From Candidatus Dojkabacteria bacterium (lineage in GTDB: Bacteria > Patescibacteriota > Dojkabacteria > JAOAGR01), in the NCBI GenBank assembly GCA_026415655.1, contig JAOAGR010000004.1, positions 134,773 to 198,772 on the forward strand: 64,000 nucleotides of DNA, given 5' to 3'. Positions 40,408 through 52,714 of the stretch are shown here, in pieces. The position numbers and the translations under genes are program-made. Below the pieces are notes generated by a model. The model ran no database searches and was not told the origin of the DNA. It was given only the letters and a program-made list of their open reading frames with translations. Positions within the stretch are counted from its first letter, which is position 1. Every line of letters starts with the position of its first letter.

Positions 40408-43257
40408 TTATTTATTTACTCTAATTAATATAGATTGACATGAACTATTACAGTACTCCTGTTTTTTCCCTAAGCTTAACAATAAATTTATTTTATTCTC
40501 ATCAATACCATACGTCTCTTTTTCCAAAGTACCAATGTATATGTATTTAACATTATATTTTTTCAGTATTGATTTAATTTCTTCTATATCATCAGATTTA
40601 TAAACTTTCTCAACATCCTTTTGATATTCTGATATCACTGACATTCCACCATCAATATGCTGATCTCTGATTTCGTACCAAGATTTTTTACCATCTGGAT
40701 ATTTGAATCTCCAAGTTAGTTGGTGAGTTGGCCAATTTAGTATATTTATATTTCCTGTAAATGCCGATATGCGACCATGATATGTATATGCTCCACCAGA
40801 AGACTCAACTATTACTACACGTTCTTTCTCATTTTCATTTAGCCATTTAATTACTTCATAATCATCTTTGTGTTTGCCACCTTCGTGGGTGAGGATAAAT
40901 CTAGCTCCATCAAGAGTGTGATCAATAGGATAAATAAATATTTGATTATCACCGTATTTTGATGTTCGTTCTATGGATATTTTGACTGAGTTATTTTCTA
41001 TTTTTGATACAGGAAACACAGGATTATATGCTTGTATCGTCGCTATAAAGAAATAGCTTAAATGTATAAAGAAAAATATAGATGCTACTATCGATAGACT
41101 AAGATCAGAAAAGATAAAAGTAGTTATTCGTACTTTTTTATCATCATACAAATTTACTTTTCCTTTTGTTGATAACACGACTATTGAAAAAAACGTTATT
41201 ATAATGAGAATGAATATGAAATATATTGAATCAAATATGTAGATATTTTTGTTAAATACCTCGTTCTTATTAAATCCTAAAATATTTAAGAAAAAGTCTT
41301 TGGCAAAGAATAAATAAAGACACAAAATAATAACTTGTATAAAAACAAAGTGTGTTAGATATTTTATTTTAGGTAATATTTCGAAAATTATGCCAAAAAA
41401 TGCCGGTAAAACTATACTCATTATCATCCAAGCATGATACCAGAGTTTAAATACCGTATTTGCCCGAAAATATGGTGGATTTAGCGCATGAAAAAGATCA
41501 CGGAAAAAGAAATATTCACAAAATAGAAGTAATACAATTATGGTAACGAAAGAAAAAATGATAAAAAGTATCTTCTGATTCCATATTCGATAAATTATAA
41601 ATAATAAGATGCTAACTATTATCAATATAACAAAAAGTAGAATAGGCATTCCCCAATAAGAGTAAAAAAATGGAGTTGGATGTTGTAAATCAGGATATTT
41701 GGAAGCAAAAAATTCTGTAAATTCAGGTATGAATCCGATACCTTTTACAGGACTTGTAAAATGAATGAAAAATGGAAAATATAAGATAAATGGTGATACT
41801 AAAGCAGCAATGGATAATAGAAAATACCTAACAAATTCATTGGATTTTATGTTTGCACTAATTAACTTCGATAAGTTTTGTCTGGATCTAAATATACTTG
41901 ATAGATTATTATTTCTTGATATTTCCAAAATTATAGTTTTACATCTGTTGAAAATTTTTACAGATAATTCTCTGATTGATCTTAAATTTTTGTATAAAAA
42001 CAAAATTGCATAAAAGAATCCGAGTGTTATAAAGTCCCAAAAGTTAACAAGGGCAGCAGTAGCAAGAATTATTATAAAAAGAATATGTAATTTAATAGAC
42101 AATTTTTTGGAAATAAATATTAGATATAAAAGCCAGAAAGCGGTCACAAAGAAGACAATAGACATAAAGTGTGGATGCAGATCACCAAGGATAAAACTAT
42201 AGGCAGGCATCTCATTGATGGTATAAGAATCTTCAAATATTCTAGTCGCCTTGGGATAAAAACATCCGCTGTTTACGGTGTTCTTAACATTCTCTACCAA
42301 TTGACCATTAGAGAACGGGAGTAAATCCCAGAGTAAAGACCAGAGAGATGAGTTATTCTCGACTAATGATTTATTTATGTTTTCACTGACACATTGATAA
42401 TATGTGAAATTCCCAGAAAGAAGAAACATCAGCATTGCAAATATACCACTAATAAAATTTTTAGAAATTTTTTGTGCTATCAAAAAAGCACCCACTCCAG
42501 CAAAGGCAAATATGTAGCCTAAAATCAGATTGTAGCCAATTTCATAAGGTATATTAAATATTTTGATAGGTACAGAAAATAAAATGTAGCCATAATAATA
42601 GTAATTTACTTTCTGAATTGACCACCATCCATCAGTTGGTGGAAAATAATCGGTCTTCCCGGCTTGGGAAAGCATTAATATATCCATAAATTTTTCCGTA
42701 CCAAAAAGAATTGGATGGAAACCTCTAATATATAGATAAATGTAATACAATAATAAAAATAAGAAATATAAACCGAATATCTTAGCAAAAAGTTTGACTT
42801 TGTTGTCCTCTTTAAATTCAATATTTATTAATTTAAAACTAGTTCTTCTCGTTATTGTTTTTTCAAAGTTAGATTTATTTTCTCTGTTAAATAAAATTAG
42901 TATCTGATTAAATAAAATCTTAATTCTAGCCAATATGGTTTTTATATTTAAAATATATAATAGAGAAATAATAGTTGTGATTATAAATAATGCTTTAATA
43001 ATAAAATTGTCATTCCAGTTTAGTATCTTAAAAGAAGATAAAATAAATAATGGATAAGTAAATATAACAAGACCAATAATTTGAGAAAAAAATATATGTC
43101 CTAAATCAAACTTCGTTTTGATAAATAATTTTAGAAATGCAAATCCAATAATATTAAATCCGAAAATTACAAGCATCAATTGAAGAGAAAATATGATTTC
43201 AGTTAGCGTATCCGTCATTTTTACGATTCTACTTTGATTTCTGTTATCATACAACAT
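40408..43257 (-). CDS. Large polytopic membrane protein with a DUF2298 / 'chlor_Arch_YYY' motif, putative GT-C-type glycosyltransferase
   Basis: 949 aa with many transmembrane helices. The motif reads GFHPILFGTEKFMDILMLSQAGKTDYFPPTDGWWSIQKVNYYYYGY. There is a soluble C-terminal domain. Confidence 0.5.
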   Translation of the reverse strand: MLYDNRNQSRIVKMTDTLTEIIFSLQLMLVIFGFNIIGFAFLKLFIKTKFDLGHIFFSQIIGLVIFTYPLFILSSFKILNWNDNFIIKALFIITTIISLLYILNIKTILARIKILFNQILILFNRENKSNFEKTITRRTSFKLINIEFKEDNKVKLFAKIFGLYFLFLLLYYIYLYIRGFHPILFGTEKFMDILMLSQAGKTDYFPPTDGWWSIQKVNYYYYGYILFSVPIKIFNIPYEIGYNLILGYIFAFAGVGAFLIAQKISKNFISGIFAMLMFLLSGNFTYYQCVSENINKSLVENNSSLWSLLWDLLPFSNGQLVENVKNTVNSGCFYPKATRIFEDSYTINEMPAYSFILGDLHPHFMSIVFFVTAFWLLYLIFISKKLSIKLHILFIIILATAALVNFWDFITLGFFYAILFLYKNLRSIRELSVKIFNRCKTIILEISRNNNLSSIFRSRQNLSKLISANIKSNEFVRYFLLSIAALVSPFILYFPFFIHFTSPVKGIGFIPEFTEFFASKYPDLQHPTPFFYSYWGMPILLFVILIIVSILLFIIYRIWNQKILFIIFSFVTIIVLLLFCEYFFFRDLFHALNPPYFRANTVFKLWYHAWMIMSIVLPAFFGIIFEILPKIKYLTHFVFIQVIILCLYLFFAKDFFLNILGFNKNEVFNKNIYIFDSIYFIFILIIITFFSIVVLSTKGKVNLYDDKKVRITTFIFSDLSLSIVASIFFFIHLSYFFIATIQAYNPVFPVSKIENNSVKISIERTSKYGDNQIFIYPIDHTLDGARFILTHEGGKHKDDYEVIKWLNENEKERVVIVESSGGAYTYHGRISAFTGNINILNWPTHQLTWRFKYPDGKKSWYEIRDQHIDGGMSVISEYQKDVEKVYKSDDIEEIKSILKKYNVKYIYIGTLEKETYGIDENKINLLLSLGKKQEYCNSSCQSILIRVNK

Positions 43258-44358
43258 ATGTATAGAAAATTGAAAGTAGCTATAGTTGGTACGGCAGGAA
43301 TACCAGCACGTTATGGAGGATTTGAAACTTTAGCCCAAAATTTGGTTGATTATTTATCTGATCGTTTTGATTGGTATGTGTATTGTAGCTCAAGTTTTTA
43401 TAACGATAAAAAATTAGAAATATATAAGAATGCAAAATTGAAATATATAAATTTAAAACCTAACGGATGGCAAAGTATATTGTATGATATATTAAGCATA
43501 TTTGATAGCGTGACATACGCAGATGTTGTCATACTCATGGGTGTATCTGGAGCTTTGGTCTTGCCTTTTGTTAGATTATTTTCAAATATAAAAATAGTAA
43601 CTCATTTAGATGGTTTAGAATGGAAGAGAGGAAAATGGAATGTTTTTATAAAATTATTACTTAAGTTTTTTGAATTCGTTGCTGTAAAATTTTCTCATAA
43701 ACTTATTGCTGATAATATTGCTATTCGTGATTATATAGAAGATGCTTACAAATTATCAGACAATGTTGTTTTGATTGAGTACGGGGGTAATCAATCAAAA
43801 AAAATTAAATTTACACAAGAAATTTTAGAAAAATATCCGTTTTTGAAAAATAAATATGCTTTTTCTGTATGTAGAATTGAGCCAGAAAACAATGTTGAGA
43901 TGGTTTTAGACGCATTTGCGACTTGTAGTCACTTGAATATTGTATTTGTAGGTAATTGGGATGGAAATAAATATGCCCAAAAAATATTTGCTAAGTATTC
44001 AAAATACAAAAACGTTTATCTTGTTGGACCTATTTATGATTTGGACGAGCTTAATACGATAAGATCAAATGCTTACGTTTACATTCACGGTCATAGTGTT
44101 GGTGGAACAAATCCATCATTGGTTGAAGCTATGTTTGTGGGTTTACCTGTTATATGTTACAACTCGATATTTAATGTAAATACAACAGAAAATAAGGCTT
44201 TGTATTTTAGTTCAGCAAAAGAATTGTATGAGATTATTTCTAGTATACAGAGTTATGACTTGAATGAAATAGGAAATCAACTGTATGAATTAGCTAACAT
44301 AAAATATGATTGGGACCACATTACAGATAAATATCGGCAATTAATAAATAGACAATAG
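43234..44358 (+). CDS. GT4-family glycosyltransferase with an N-terminal DUF1972-like domain
   Basis: N-terminal segment KVAIVGTAGIPARYGGFETLAQNL, and later HGHSVGGTNPSLVEAMFVGLPVICYN. Confidence 0.65.
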   Translation: MISVIIQHMYRKLKVAIVGTAGIPARYGGFETLAQNLVDYLSDRFDWYVYCSSSFYNDKKLEIYKNAKLKYINLKPNGWQSILYDILSIFDSVTYADVVILMGVSGALVLPFVRLFSNIKIVTHLDGLEWKRGKWNVFIKLLLKFFEFVAVKFSHKLIADNIAIRDYIEDAYKLSDNVVLIEYGGNQSKKIKFTQEILEKYPFLKNKYAFSVCRIEPENNVEMVLDAFATCSHLNIVFVGNWDGNKYAQKIFAKYSKYKNVYLVGPIYDLDELNTIRSNAYVYIHGHSVGGTNPSLVEAMFVGLPVICYNSIFNVNTTENKALYFSSAKELYEIISSIQSYDLNEIGNQLYELANIKYDWDHITDKYRQLINRQ

Positions 44359-44475
44359 ATATTTGCAAACCAAAAAAAATGTGCTAAATAATATCTGTAG
44401 TCCAAGATTCAATCGGGGATAAAATTTTGTGACTGCCCTTTAAATAAACTAAAAGTTTATTTAACACAAAACTCT

Positions 44476-45615
44476 ATGAGACAAACAACACAAAAAATCA
44501 AAAGAGTATTAGCTAGTATAACAGCGCTCTCTGTAGTAGCGACTGGAGTACTAGTTTTTGCACCGTCAGCATTTGCTGGCCCAGTAACTAATGTCTCAGT
44601 GTCTGGTACTGGTATTACAGCTAACTCAGCTGCGACTAATACTTCTGTCACTCCGACTTTTTCATTTCAAACATCAAACAATTTGACGGTGGATGGACAG
44701 TTTATTCAGGTTACAATGAATGGTTTTGTTGTAGAAACCGGTCAAACACTAGATGCTTCTGATTTGACTCTTACAGGTTGTTCTACGAACTCGCTTGAAG
44801 GCACTCCTGGTACTGCTTCCAATGGTGTTCATGAGGTGCAGGTAACAAATGGTAACTCAGGAAACTCTAATCCTGTAGTTCTGATTACTTTAGATGCTAA
44901 CGGTTCTACGCAACCAACTTGTAATGCAGGTACATTGACATTGGCAGTTGCCTCTGGACAGTTAAGGACTTCTAATACCGCAGATAATTATGCAATGGGT
45001 ATACTAACATCCGTAGATGCTGGGGCTGGACTTTTCTATGTCGGTGACGAAAATGATGTTTTTGTCACGGGTAGTGTAGAAGCCACGCTTTCCTTCGTAA
45101 TCAGAAACTCTGCAGATACTGCCGACCAAGCAAATGTAAATGGTGGTACCGTGGGACCTAATCTATGTCAGCTATCACCAAATCCTATGACGACTACCAA
45201 TTTGAGTACCTGTGCATATAGGTTAAAGGTGGCAACAAACGCAGATTCGGGATACACTGTTAACTATCAAGCCAGTGGGGGGTTTACAAATGGTAATCAT
45301 GTGATGAATAACGCTTCTACTTCTGGAGAGAATGTAACTGCTGGTACTGAAGATTATGGAGTTGTTCTTACGCAAGGATCTGCTACGGGTGGTACAGTAA
45401 CAAGAGGTACGAATTTCACAGGTACTGCTACTGATACGTTCTACTTTGCTGCAACGACGGCGACGGCAGTATATTCATCTAATGGTCCAAATGCACCTGC
45501 GGCTACGGATACAACAAATACCGCACTGATCACTCATGAGGCGGCTATACAAGCTGATACACCAGCAGGTGTATATACACAAACAGTAACATATACTGTT
45601 GCTCCACAGTTCTAA
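44476..45615 (+). CDS. Secreted Thr/Gly/Asn/Ala-rich surface protein (S-layer/adhesin/pilin-like candidate)
   Basis: Signal peptide with an AFA|G cleavage site. The local GC content and codon usage are clearly higher than in neighbouring genes. A strong terminator follows. Confidence 0.6.
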   Translation: MRQTTQKIKRVLASITALSVVATGVLVFAPSAFAGPVTNVSVSGTGITANSAATNTSVTPTFSFQTSNNLTVDGQFIQVTMNGFVVETGQTLDASDLTLTGCSTNSLEGTPGTASNGVHEVQVTNGNSGNSNPVVLITLDANGSTQPTCNAGTLTLAVASGQLRTSNTADNYAMGILTSVDAGAGLFYVGDENDVFVTGSVEATLSFVIRNSADTADQANVNGGTVGPNLCQLSPNPMTTTNLSTCAYRLKVATNADSGYTVNYQASGGFTNGNHVMNNASTSGENVTAGTEDYGVVLTQGSATGGTVTRGTNFTGTATDTFYFAATTATAVYSSNGPNAPAATDTTNTALITHEAAIQADTPAGVYTQTVTYTVAPQF

Positions 45616-45637
45616 GTCACACTTAGAATTGTGCGAA

Positions 45638-45668
45638 TGGGGAGGTTTATACCTCCCTATTTTTTATT
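45638..45668 (+). terminator. Rho-independent terminator
   Basis: Hairpin GGGAGGTttataCCTCCC followed by a T run (TATTTTTTATTT). Confidence 0.7.
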
Positions 45669-45708
45669 TATATTGCATTGCGTTTTTTATATTTTTTAAA
45701 TACATTAT

Positions 45709-46869
45709 ATGTATATGAAAATAAAATTTAACTCGAAAAAGATCCTCAACATAATAGTTTTTGTATTGATGTTGTTGTTCTTATTCGGTCACGTCATATC
45801 AGATCGGCCTGGCTCTCTGGGATCAAGACAAACGGCACCATGGTTAACTATAGGGTCGGGGAAAGTATTGGCCCAGTCAGAGTTTGTTGGCTCCAAGCGT
45901 GGTCTGATAATGAGTCCGATAGTTATTTATCTGAATGGTGAAAGGGGAACAACATTGAAAAATGAACACACCTATTACAAGCTCACTAATGACTATGAAA
46001 CAAAGGCAAGTGTAGTGGTGTATCCTAGTGTTGTGAATATAATTAGAGATGAAGAGGGAAATGTAAAAATCGATGAGACAGAAAAAGATCGTAAAAGTGA
46101 TGTCGCTTCTTGGGTTGTTTTAGAGAGTACACAACATGAGATCAAACATGGTGAAACTATAAGGTCTGAATTTAGCATAAACATTCCCGATGATGCTGAT
46201 CCCGGTTCTCATTTATTTGCTATCTTATTTGCTAGATCACCGGCAGATACAAATACTAATAGTCCAGCTGTAGGAATAAATGACAAAATTTTATTGCCTG
46301 TGATTCTTACCATTGATGGTGATATCAATTTTGAATCTGATATTGACTCATTTTTCGTCTCTGATTTATTGTTAAAAGAACAATCGTTCTTTTGGGGTGG
46401 CACTGCTGTTGTAAATGTAAAAATAAAAAATAATAGTAACATCTATGTTAGACCTCTGGGTAATATATTTATACATCAAGGTGATAAAACAAAACCAGTA
46501 GAGACATTGGCCTTTAATGAAAATGGGTTAATTATATCAAGTAATAATTCGAGAAATTATCGCCACAGCTTTAGTACAAATAATTTTATTAAAGATAAAA
46601 TTGTTGATGGAAAGATAGTGTGGGAATTTGATTGGAGTAGGTTTTTTGATTTTAAGTTCGGAAAGTATTACGTTACTTATCAGAGTCGTATAAAACCAGC
46701 TCCAGAAGCGGGGTTACCAAATGATAAAGTGATCATCATCGAGCGCACAACAGAAATCTTTGTTTTTCCAATACAAATACTCATTTTAATCATTGTTATC
46801 GTCTTATTGATTGTCGCATTAGTCGCTTGGAATTATTTTAAGAAATCAAAAAAAAGGGAAAACAAGTAA
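45709..46869 (+). CDS. Cell-surface protein with a signal peptide and a C-terminal transmembrane anchor plus basic tail
   Basis: N-terminal hydrophobic signal. The C-terminus is IQILILIIVIVLLIVALVAWNYFKKSKKRENK. Confidence 0.5.
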   Translation: MYMKIKFNSKKILNIIVFVLMLLFLFGHVISDRPGSLGSRQTAPWLTIGSGKVLAQSEFVGSKRGLIMSPIVIYLNGERGTTLKNEHTYYKLTNDYETKASVVVYPSVVNIIRDEEGNVKIDETEKDRKSDVASWVVLESTQHEIKHGETIRSEFSINIPDDADPGSHLFAILFARSPADTNTNSPAVGINDKILLPVILTIDGDINFESDIDSFFVSDLLLKEQSFFWGGTAVVNVKIKNNSNIYVRPLGNIFIHQGDKTKPVETLAFNENGLIISSNNSRNYRHSFSTNNFIKDKIVDGKIVWEFDWSRFFDFKFGKYYVTYQSRIKPAPEAGLPNDKVIIIERTTEIFVFPIQILILIIVIVLLIVALVAWNYFKKSKKRENK

Positions 46870-47018
46870 GAGTAAATAGAAACCTTTTGTGTGGTATTGT
46901 TAGTGATGGGATGGGTCAGGGTAAAATTAAATTCGCCATTTTCCTTAGTTATTGTTGAGCAGCAAAACTGTAAATTAAAAATACATAATAATTAAGTTCT
47001 GTTTGATATAATGATTTT

Positions 47019-47732
47019 ATGTTTCAACAAATTTTGACAACAAACAGTCTGATTTATACGGGTTCTGGCAGTGTCGAGTCGAGCCTTCTTTATGTACTTT
47101 TTGTGTGGATTGGAATATTTTTTTCTATTGTTTTACATGAATTTGCTCATGCTTATACAGCGGTTAGACTTGGTGACCTGACACCCAAATACGAGGATAG
47201 ACTTACCATTAATCCATTCAAACATTTTGATCTAATAGGCTTTTTGTTAATTTTTTTTGCAGGATTTGGTTATGGAAAGCCTGTTATGATAAATCCGAAT
47301 AATCTATCAAACCCCAAACGCGATATGATGATTATTGCTATCGCTGGTCCTTTGGTAAACATATTTATATCATTGGCAGTAATTTTTATTTATGCATTTT
47401 TGAGTATATTTTTTCAGAATAGTAATAGTATTGTGTATTTCATGTTTTATACATTTGTTGCGTCCTTACCGGCTATTGGTGTGATAAATCTATTTTTGGC
47501 CATATTTAATATGTTGCCAATTCCACCTTTGGATGGTAGCAAAGTATTTAGATATATTAGTTATCGTATAGCTGATTTTATCGACAATTATATTGAACCG
47601 TATGCTCTTTGGATATTAATAATACTTATCCTGCCTATATGGGGAGATTCTTCGATCCTGCGATTAATTGCCATGCCGTTTTTAACTATATATCTATTTG
47701 TGTTTGAACAAGTTGTTGGTATTTTGAGGTGA
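47019..47732 (+). CDS. Site-2 protease family (peptidase M50) membrane metalloprotease
   Basis: The HExxH motif lies within a transmembrane helix (VLHEFAHAYTAV). The protein is polytopic. Confidence 0.7.
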   Translation: MFQQILTTNSLIYTGSGSVESSLLYVLFVWIGIFFSIVLHEFAHAYTAVRLGDLTPKYEDRLTINPFKHFDLIGFLLIFFAGFGYGKPVMINPNNLSNPKRDMMIIAIAGPLVNIFISLAVIFIYAFLSIFFQNSNSIVYFMFYTFVASLPAIGVINLFLAIFNMLPIPPLDGSKVFRYISYRIADFIDNYIEPYALWILIILILPIWGDSSILRLIAMPFLTIYLFVFEQVVGILR

Positions 47733-47939
47733 ATTTATTAGTGGGATTTTTCTTTTATTTTGTGAGTACTTTTAATTTTTGATAATATTTAAGTATAAAA
47801 AAATAGGTTTTGATTATTCACGGAGAAGAGTTTGTATTACCTAAAAGTCTTAATGTTTTATTCTAATATATTGTTTAATTCATTGAAAAAAGTATTCGAG
47901 ATTTTACTCTTCTAAAATTGTTGTTCTGATTGGTTATCA

Positions 47940-49337
47940 TTGTTATTATTTTTGATAATAATTCATGATATATTTGAATATACATTAATGAACTTTGTAA
48001 AGAATCAAAATCAGCCTATTAGTGTTGTGTATATTGATAAAAAAAGAAAGAATAGTTCTGTATTAAAGTATCTCTTTCTAATATTCACAATAGGTGTTTT
48101 AGTATCCAGCGTTTTGATTTTTATTTTCTTTATTTTTAATGATAAAAATTTTGATTTTGATGCTAAAGTTTTAACTAAAAATTTCAATTTATTTGGTGAA
48201 CAAAAAGAGGAAAACACCCCAAACAATAATGTACAGGATCGAAAGTATAATGAATATACTCTTAGTAGATTTAGTAATGAGGAGATAGATAGATTGGGTA
48301 TTTTAGATATACCAATAGGTTTCTCTGTACAATATGAATATAAAGGTATAAAATTTGTCAGAACACCAAGAAAATCCTTCACTTATCAGCAAATTGGGCT
48401 TTTGAAGTATTTCATAGACATGACACCAGCAAAATTATTAAATCCGGGACCGGCAGCTATCATTACTTTTGATAAGGGAGAAATTAGTCCTAGACATAAT
48501 TTGTCTCAAGATACTATTGCTTTTGCTAGTGGTATGTATATGTTTTTTAATGATATCTCATTCAATTCCATTAAAAATGATCATTTTGTGGATAATGCTT
48601 TTGCAACTTTTGTTCATGAACTTATGCATATTTCTCAATTTAACTACGTTTTTGATGAGTTCGGTTATGAGGATGCATTGAAATTAGTTGAAAAAAAAGG
48701 TTATTCTTGGGTTGATTTAGTTTCTGAGTCTGCTTTGACAAGAAGTTTTGCTGAATCTACAGAGTGGGAGTATGATCCACAAAGGGGGTATTTTCTTAAT
48801 TCTAAGGAAAATGTTTTGACCACAGACTATGGAAAAACCTCAATTTATGAAGACATCGCTGATACAGTGGCGGCTGTAGTTACAACTCGTTTTGATCTGA
48901 TCTCAGAAAATCGAATTATTTGGACGCTCAATTATTTGCAAGAAAATTCAGACAGTATAAAAATGAAAAAGTTACCAGTATTTCCAAATTCAAAATTAGT
49001 AAATCTGGAGGGGGCAAATTTTATTGATACTATTAAACAAGAATACAATAGCAAATATGATTATGTTAGTGTGTCAACTTTTTATTATGATAAAGAGAAA
49101 TCAATAAATGATGTTGTGAGTTTTTTTGAAAACGAATTTAATGATAGATACTGGACAGTAATCAAGCCACTTTATAAAACTAATACAAACAGTGTAATAA
49201 CATATGAGGGTGAATTTAGTACTGGAGTAAGAAATTCATATATCAGAATTTATACTTATGATTATGTGGGAACAGGGTATAATATTAGTTTGAAGGGTAC
49301 TGTTGTTGTATTTATTTGCGGTTTTAAGTTTAACTAA
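47940..49337 (+). CDS. Membrane-anchored hypothetical protein with an HExxH motif (putative Zn metallopeptidase)
   Basis: An N-terminal transmembrane helix and the motif FVHELMHISQF. Confidence 0.4.
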   Translation: MLLFLIIIHDIFEYTLMNFVKNQNQPISVVYIDKKRKNSSVLKYLFLIFTIGVLVSSVLIFIFFIFNDKNFDFDAKVLTKNFNLFGEQKEENTPNNNVQDRKYNEYTLSRFSNEEIDRLGILDIPIGFSVQYEYKGIKFVRTPRKSFTYQQIGLLKYFIDMTPAKLLNPGPAAIITFDKGEISPRHNLSQDTIAFASGMYMFFNDISFNSIKNDHFVDNAFATFVHELMHISQFNYVFDEFGYEDALKLVEKKGYSWVDLVSESALTRSFAESTEWEYDPQRGYFLNSKENVLTTDYGKTSIYEDIADTVAAVVTTRFDLISENRIIWTLNYLQENSDSIKMKKLPVFPNSKLVNLEGANFIDTIKQEYNSKYDYVSVSTFYYDKEKSINDVVSFFENEFNDRYWTVIKPLYKTNTNSVITYEGEFSTGVRNSYIRIYTYDYVGTGYNISLKGTVVVFICGFKFN

Positions 49338-49514
49338 ATGTTAGAAATGTATATTTGACAAATTTCACATCTAGTGATAATATTTGACACTTGAATCACA
49401 CGATTCAAGCTCTTGACAATTTAATAGTGGTAGGAAGTCAATTCCTTTAAACTAATTTAAATTATAATTCCACACATCAAATACTAAATTGATGTGTTGA
49501 GCTATATCAAGTTT

Positions 49515-51031
<1,517 letters not shown>

Positions 51032-51457
51032 CTAGGGAGTTAATCATTTTGCTTGCTTCGTCAAGGCAAGCAGACTCATAAGTCTTTGCTGTATGCAAAG
51101 TCGAGTCAAAAAGGGGAATGCTCTTTTTTCTAAGGATTGACTTTCCTGCCACTATTAAGTTGTTAAGAACAATTATATTGTTTCTGTTCGCACTAATTTA
51201 TTGTTAATAAGTTTAGTTTCCTATTGTGTTTTTTTACTGATAAAAACTATTTGTTTGGATTATAAAAGAATATTCGAATTTTAAATTTCAAAGTATTTTC
51301 AATAATTTTACTTTAAATATTGGTTTTATTTTGCTTTTGACCAGAAAGTAGTCGTTGGTTCTCGTTATAATAAATGTGGTATTGATGTCTATAAATTTAT
51401 TTTAAGGTTCTTATTGTTTACATTTGTGTGATTAGAATATATAATTTTCCTTACTTA

Positions 51458-51534
51458 GGGCGTATAGCTCAGCTGGTTAGAGCGCAGTCCTGATAAGACT
51501 GAGGTCCCTTGTTCGAGTCAAGGTACGCCCACCA
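51458..51534 (+). tRNA. tRNA-Ile (anticodon GAU)
   Basis: GGGCGTATAGCTCAGCTGGTTAGAGCGCAGTCCTGATAAGACTGAGGTCCCTTGTTCGAGTCAAGGTACGCCCACCA. CCA is encoded. It lies in the 16S spacer. Confidence 0.9.
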
Positions 51535-51556
51535 TAAATTTGATTTATATCAAAAC

Positions 51557-51632
51557 GGGCCTTTAGCTTAGTTGGTAGAGCGCGTCGTTTGCAACGACGA
51601 GGTCAGGGGTTCGAATCCCCTAGGGTCCACCA
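51557..51632 (+). tRNA. tRNA-Ala (anticodon UGC)
   Basis: GGGCCTTTAGCTTAG...CGTTTGCAACG...GGTTCGAATCCCC...CCA. The G3:U70 Ala identity pair is present. Confidence 0.9.
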
Positions 51633-52123
51633 GATATATTTACATTCATGATTTTATTTCCTTTGAAAAGTTTTTATTCGTTGATAGAACATTTTAATTA
51701 CATAAATCTTTTATATATTTAAAATTTTTCAGAATTAATAGTCTATTCAAATTAATAGATGTGTTGAAGATTTATATTAATAGTTTATTTGTGCTGTTCT
51801 TAAATAAGTACTAAATGGTTAACTTTAATGTATAGAATCCTTATTGTAACTGAAAAATAAGTTTATTGCCTAAACTTATTTTAATTATTATATTATAATA
51901 GAAATGAAAATTAAAACAAATAGAAAATAATATTTTATTTAAGTCACTCAAAGATTGTAAGTTTCTAATTGTTGATTCAAGATAATTTTTTGAAAATGAT
52001 TATGAAGTATTAAAATATTTTATATAATTAATTAAGGTGATAAAATTAGTAATATACTATAATAAGAAATTGGTAAGTTATTAAATCAATAATAATATCA
52101 ATGGTAATTTACAATCTTTTGAT

Positions 52124-52630
52124 TTAACTTTTTTGATGTCGTAATACTGCATATTGATTAAAACCGAATTGGAATTTTTTATACTTTTCTACATAAAATC
52201 CTGTAGATTTTGCGAGTTCATATATTTCTTCTTTAGTCCAGTAATGCTTATGTTCTTCCAAATTAGATTTGTCTAATAAATTTAAACTGGCTAAAAACAT
52301 TAGAACTGGATGAGCCTTGGGAGTTGGTGTTGTTAAGAATATGACTCCATTTTCATTCAAAATTTTTTTGAATTTTTTGAAAATATTATATACTTCATCT
52401 ACTTCTATGTGCTCAATAACAGCGAGAGCCACTATAGTATCAAAAGTTTTGTTTTCCATCGGTGAATGATCATAATTTACTAAAGTATAAGTGCTTTCTT
52501 TAGGGATAAATTGCTTTAATTCTCCTTCATTTCCTCCAAAATCTAGAATATCACCATGTAGAATTTTTTTTACTTTATTAAATCTGTATTTTTGAAGAAA
52601 TCTTTCTAAGAAAATTTTTGTATCTATCAT
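52124..52630 (-). CDS. Class I SAM-dependent methyltransferase, 168 aa
   Basis: FDTIVALAVIEHIEVDE and a Methyltransf_11-like layout. Confidence 0.5.
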   Translation of the reverse strand: MIDTKIFLERFLQKYRFNKVKKILHGDILDFGGNEGELKQFIPKESTYTLVNYDHSPMENKTFDTIVALAVIEHIEVDEVYNIFKKFKKILNENGVIFLTTPTPKAHPVLMFLASLNLLDKSNLEEHKHYWTKEEIYELAKSTGFYVEKYKKFQFGFNQYAVLRHQKS

Positions 52631-52714
52631 AGAATAATATAATACATTAAATAGAAATTTAATTCAAGAATGGTTTTTATATAACTAAAATATTATATTT
52701 GGTTCTGATGTTAA

